Below are positions 32,726 to 36,755 of a DNA stretch of 36,755 bases, in pieces. A program made the position numbers and the translations under genes. How positions within the stretch are numbered: position 1 is the first letter of the stretch; every line of letters starts with the position of its first letter. Below the pieces are notes generated by a model. The model did not search any database, had not been told where the DNA came from, and saw only the letters and a list, made by a program, of their open reading frames with translations. This DNA comes from a virus (taxonomy: Duplodnaviria; Caudoviricetes), in IMG/VR virus record IMGVR_UViG_3300045961_000143, positions 1 through 36,755 of that record; one strand, written 5' to 3'.

Positions 32726-33037
32726 TTACTCCTCGTATCCGTAAACATTGACCGATGTATCTGCGGTGCTTGAAAAAACCACCACATTTTTGCCAGCGCT
32801 TAAAACAAAACCAGAGCGCTCCAGCACTGCGTTTGCTTCGATGCTCACGTCGTACTCAACGTACTCACTGTTGGCGGGAGTGCCTGTTGCAGCGATAGCA
32901 ATCCGAACAACCGCAGTGGTCGCACCACGGTTGACAATGTTGATGTTTAGTGTCGCCGTGACACCACCGGGGACGGTGTAGACCGTCGTGTTTGTGGTCG
33001 CGGCTGGTGCCGATTGACCGAGTGTTCCTGAAGCCAT
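32726..33037 (-). CDS. Small tail-fibre-associated protein (103 aa)
   Basis: TTVYTVP...N...YVEYD...VNVYGYEE, AGGAG RBS. Confidence 0.75.
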   Translation of the reverse strand: MASGTLGQSAPAATTNTTVYTVPGGVTATLNINIVNRGATTAVVRIAIAATGTPANSEYVEYDVSIEANAVLERSGFVLSAGKNVVVFSSTADTSVNVYGYEE

Positions 33038-33052
33038 GTTCAAAATCTCCTG

Positions 33053-35179
33053 TTAAAAACTTGCAAAAAAATAGGCTTTTGCATTTGAAAAACCGCCACC
33101 AACTTCCAAGTCGCCAGAGCCGAGCACCGAAGCGCCGTTGATGGTCTTGATGTTGGTGCCCGACACCAGAGTGTTTTGCTTCGCATCGAGCGCAGCCTGC
33201 AGACCGCTGACATCCTCGATGTTGACTGAGCCAGCCGCCTTGAATGTGATGACTGTGACCTCGTCACCCAGCGTCAAAGCATTGGTGAACGTGATCGTCG
33301 TGCCGTCGGTAGCTGTGTAGTCGGTAGAGCTGAGCAACACACCGTTGACCCACACGAACGTCGAGCCGACTGCATAGCCGCCTGCAAATGTGTACGAGGT
33401 CTGCCCTGCTGTCGCTGTGAACGACTGCGTGACCGTCAGGTCAGGCAGCGTGCTCACCTGCTGCCACACCGTGCCGGTGTACACGCGCATCTCGTTGGCT
33501 GCAGTGTTGAGATACAGATCTCCAGCTGTCAGCGGGTTGCCGTTGCCGTCAGCCGTTGGGTCAGTTGCCGACGCGCCGATGTACTGCGACTTGAAGGTGA
33601 ACAGAGACGCTGCAGACGCGTCGGCTGAAGCGGCCGAGTTACCTGCCTGCGTGGTGGCAATGCCCGCCTGGGTCGTTGCGATGCCAGCCTGCGTTGTTGC
33701 AGTAGCCGCAGACGCAGCAGCAGATGCAGTCGATCCAAAGATCGTGTCGATGTAGTTCTTGGTCGCAGCGTCCTGGGCGTTCGTTGGATCACCCAGGCCA
33801 GTGATCTTGTTGGTGCCCATGGCGATGGCACCGGTCATGGTGCCGCCAGTGGTCGAGAGCTTGCCGTCCAACAGCGTGTTGGTCTGCATCTGTGTGTACG
33901 CGTCGCCAATGCCAAACCCAGCCAGGGTGGTCGGGTTGGTGCCACCAGTCACGCGGCCATACGCGTCCACCGTCACCGACTTGTAGGTCGATGCGATCAC
34001 GCCCGTGGTGGCCAGGTCGATGTCGTCAGCGCCGACGACGATGCGAGCAGACGAGGCGGTGTTCACGTTCAGCGTGTTGCCGGTCTTGCTCATGCCCGTG
34101 CCCGCAGTGATCTGGCCAGCGCCAGAGAACTGTGCCCAGGTCACTGGCGTGGTGCCCAGCGTGCCGGTCGCAGGGATCGTGCAGATGTAGCCGTTGTTGG
34201 CGTTGGCGGTGCCGTGCTCCACGAACGTGAATGCAGCGACCAGCTCGTCCCAAGTGTTGGCGTCAGCCGCACGCGACCAGCTGCCAGCGGCCACGACGTA
34301 GATGCCGTTGTCGGCTGCCGCGCTCTGGTCCTTGACCAGCACACGCTGGCCAGCAGTCAAGGCGTAGCCGTCGATCGTCTGCGTGCCCGACAGGGTCACG
34401 TTGCCGGTGGTGGCTGCCGCGCAAGAGGCCTTGGCGTCGATGCCTTGGGCCACGCTGTCCACATAAGCCTTGGTGGCCGCGTCTTGGTCAGCCGTAGGCG
34501 TTGCCACGCCCGTGACCTTGTTGTTGGACATGGCGATCGCGCCAGTCATCGTCCCGCCCGTCAGGGCCAAGCGCAGGGCGTCTTGGGCGTCCACGTAAGC
34601 CTTGTTGGCCGCGTCGCCTGAGTTGGTGGGGTTGGGCAGGTTGGTAATGGTGCCCGAGCTGCTGGCATCCATGTCCAGGTTGCCGTTGATCGTGACGTTG
34701 TTGAACGTCGATGTGCCGCTGCCCGCTGTGACGTTGCCAAGAACGCCACCTGTTGCTGTGATCGCACCAGTGACGGCCAAGGTCGAGGCCAAAGTGGCCG
34801 CGCCAGTGACAGACAGCGTGCCGCCCACACTGGCGTTGCCCTGGGCGGTCAGCGACTTGCCCGATGGAATGGTCATGCCGACAGTCGAGAACTGAACGGT
34901 GTTGACGCCCAGCACCGACATCCAGACCGAGCCTGCGCCCGATCGGTACAGGCCGGTGTTGGTCTCGTTCAGGTAGGACAGGCCTGGGCCAGTGACAAGG
35001 CCGTCGGCAATGCGGAACGGGGCCAGCATGCCGCCAGCGCCCGTGCGGGACAGGGAGTTGGTCAGCTCGTTGGCCATGTCCTCCATCGTGTCGTTCGCCC
35101 ACGCTGCGTCGATTGTGGTGCCGGGAACGACGGGGTTCCCAGACGGCAGGGTGTACACCCCAGAACTGTTGCGTGGCAT
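33053..35179 (-). CDS. Main tail fibre protein (708 aa)
   Basis: MPRNSSGVYTLP head, three DAA(T/N)K.Y(V/I)D repeats, ATTQAG heptads, TATAGQT module, KQNTLVSGTNIKTING end. Confidence 0.88.
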   Translation of the reverse strand: MPRNSSGVYTLPSGNPVVPGTTIDAAWANDTMEDMANELTNSLSRTGAGGMLAPFRIADGLVTGPGLSYLNETNTGLYRSGAGSVWMSVLGVNTVQFSTVGMTIPSGKSLTAQGNASVGGTLSVTGAATLASTLAVTGAITATGGVLGNVTAGSGTSTFNNVTINGNLDMDASSSGTITNLPNPTNSGDAANKAYVDAQDALRLALTGGTMTGAIAMSNNKVTGVATPTADQDAATKAYVDSVAQGIDAKASCAAATTGNVTLSGTQTIDGYALTAGQRVLVKDQSAAADNGIYVVAAGSWSRAADANTWDELVAAFTFVEHGTANANNGYICTIPATGTLGTTPVTWAQFSGAGQITAGTGMSKTGNTLNVNTASSARIVVGADDIDLATTGVIASTYKSVTVDAYGRVTGGTNPTTLAGFGIGDAYTQMQTNTLLDGKLSTTGGTMTGAIAMGTNKITGLGDPTNAQDAATKNYIDTIFGSTASAAASAATATTQAGIATTQAGIATTQAGNSAASADASAASLFTFKSQYIGASATDPTADGNGNPLTAGDLYLNTAANEMRVYTGTVWQQVSTLPDLTVTQSFTATAGQTSYTFAGGYAVGSTFVWVNGVLLSSTDYTATDGTTITFTNALTLGDEVTVITFKAAGSVNIEDVSGLQAALDAKQNTLVSGTNIKTINGASVLGSGDLEVGGGFSNAKAYFFASF

Positions 35180-35191
35180 GTTGTTCGCTCC

Positions 35192-36755
35192 TTAATCTGT
35201 ATCCATTTGAACTGCCGCCTGAGCCATGAACGGCCGCAAGATCTCGACAATCGTGCGCGGGTCTTGCGCTGCCATGATTTTCGCAGCAACGCCTGGCTCG
35301 GTCAGAGCTTGGGCGAGCAGCTGCTCGGTCTGGCTTTGTGTCAGCCTAAATGGCAGGTCCATCAGGCCAGAGGCCACCCGGCCGATCATCGAATCGGCGG
35401 CCGACTGTGGAATGCCCAATGGCCCCAAAAACTGCCGGATGACGTTCTGAGCGCCCAGGTACTGGGCGGTCGGAGAACCAGGCACACGGGCCAGCTCTTG
35501 AGCGCCCGCATACCTGGCCATGTCCTCGCCCACCCCCTGCACCGACTGCATCTGAGCGGGGTCCAGCACATTGGCCATGGTGGCGCTGCGCATGCCGGTG
35601 GCCTGGGCGGCCGTTCTGTCGGCGTTGCGCAGGGCGTTGGCGTAGCTGTTGGCGTTGACGCGGGCCAGTGAACCGTCCGACATGTCGGTCAGTGCTGGCA
35701 GCGCCTTGTCGCGCAGGGTCTGGCCGATCGCCATTTGGTTGACCGGGCGGGACATCGCCTGGTAGGTGCGACGGGCCTCGCCGTAAGACGGCGCGGCCTC
35801 GTCCAGGAACGATCGCAGCTGGTCTTGCGTGTCGCGCAGGGCGCTGACCAGCTTGTTGTTGCCAGCGCGTGCTGCAGAGCCGATCTGGTCGCTCAAGGCG
35901 TCGTCCACGTACATCAGGCCAGCAGCGCTGCCGGATGGGTTGGTGATGTCGACGCCCTTCTCCCTGGCCAGCATCTTGGCCTGCTCAACAGCAGACTGCA
36001 CAGATGGGCGCTTGAGCAGCTCCCCGACCTGGGCCTGCAGCGCGTCATCCATCTGCAGGCCTTCGGAACGCGCCTTGGAGTACAGGCTGTCGGCAGTCGC
36101 GTCACGCGCAGATTCAAAGAACTCGCGCTTGCCGTCGTTGCCTGCCAGGTCGTCCAACACACTGCGATAGCCCGCCACCTGGCGGCCGCGAGACTCTGCC
36201 AGGGCAGACGCGACATCAGGAGAGCTGGCGGCCGCGCCGCGCTGCAGCTGGGCGATGCCTGGGTCCATCGTGGCCTCGGCCAGCGTTGGGGTCACACCAG
36301 GCACCAGCTGAACCGGGGATTGCGCGGCCGCACGCACCCTTGCCGGATCAGTGGCGAACCGATCAAGCGTGCGCTTGAGCACTCGCTCGCGGCCAGAGGC
36401 CGTCAAGGGCTCCAGAGCCGCCTTGGCACCGCTGTAAGTGGCCGACAGCACCCTACCCCCTGCCTCACCGACAGCGCCCGTCAGAGCGCCCATTTGAGCG
36501 CCGCCAGACATGTCCTCTGGTGTCAGGGCTGCGCCGACGCCTGCGCCAGCAGTTGCCGCGCCGATGTATGGAGCTGCACCGCGTGCGACCTTGGCGGTGG
36601 CCTGTGGCAATAAACGAGCGCCAGTGCGCACGCCCTGGGTGACGGCCTGCTGGGCGCGATAGCCTGGCACGGCTGTGAGCGCCACATCGCCCACAAACTT
36701 GCCAGCCTGCCCAGCGCCGGTATTCATCAGCGGCTTGTCCAGTCGCTCGTCTTCA
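35192..36755 (-). CDS. 3' part of the origin-spanning DNA ejection/internal virion protein (617 aa in total, start at 522)
   Basis: Ala-rich ORF open to the window end and in frame with the 1-522 segment. Confidence 0.85.
   Translation of the reverse strand, partial: EDERLDKPLMNTGAGQAGKFVGDVALTAVPGYRAQQAVTQGVRTGARLLPQATAKVARGAAPYIGAATAGAGVGAALTPEDMSGGAQMGALTGAVGEAGGRVLSATYSGAKAALEPLTASGRERVLKRTLDRFATDPARVRAAAQSPVQLVPGVTPTLAEATMDPGIAQLQRGAAASSPDVASALAESRGRQVAGYRSVLDDLAGNDGKREFFESARDATADSLYSKARSEGLQMDDALQAQVGELLKRPSVQSAVEQAKMLAREKGVDITNPSGSAAGLMYVDDALSDQIGSAARAGNNKLVSALRDTQDQLRSFLDEAAPSYGEARRTYQAMSRPVNQMAIGQTLRDKALPALTDMSDGSLARVNANSYANALRNADRTAAQATGMRSATMANVLDPAQMQSVQGVGEDMARYAGAQELARVPGSPTAQYLGAQNVIRQFLGPLGIPQSAADSMIGRVASGLMDLPFRLTQSQTEQLLAQALTEPGVAAKIMAAQDPRTIVEILRPFMAQAAVQMDTD
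36524..36755. repeat. Terminal direct repeat, copy 2
   Basis: Matches 1-232 with a single mismatch. Confidence 0.97.

Noticed and set aside
33640-33730. 21-nt tandem repeats as a nucleic-acid array
   Set aside because: They encode ATTQAG heptads of the tail fibre and vary at synonymous positions.
30690-35179. Diversity-generating retroelement or invertible tail switch
   Set aside because: I see no reverse transcriptase, template/variable repeat pair, serine invertase or flanking inverted repeats.

Overview
The window is a complete circular temperate phage genome with a 36,523-bp unit. Bases 1-232 recur at 36524-36755 with one mismatch, consistent with a circular-assembly overlap. It looks like a GC-rich, short-tailed (P22-like, podovirus-type) phage, probably of a Proteobacterial host (inference). 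A long minus-strand operon runs cro, primase-helicase, an array of small accessory genes, terS, terL, portal, scaffold, capsid, adaptor/tail hub, ejection proteins, tail fibres and lysis (holin, SAR lysozyme, Rz/Rz1). A plus-strand operon runs cI, small early genes, Sak4-like ATPase, DUF669 SSB, PD-(D/E)XK nuclease, HNH, RuvC-like resolvase and a tyrosine integrase. The two meet at an intact attP containing the 3' half of a tRNA-Cys, an IHF consensus and GGCACA arm-type repeats. The most unusual observations are: (1) a 17-bp pseudo-palindrome at about 10 gene boundaries genome-wide; (2) a pre-toxin-TG-like protein in the head operon with a convergent, apparently leaderless small gene (candidate toxin/immunity pair); (3) a C1q-like receptor-binding gene with intact RBS and frame but two in-frame TAG codons; (4) small accessory genes joined by a repeated AAGGAG(AAG)AACACATGA junction; (5) three candidate structured RNAs, including a terminator/antiterminator switch right after the capsid stop. 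All family assignments come from reading motifs, not from database searches.
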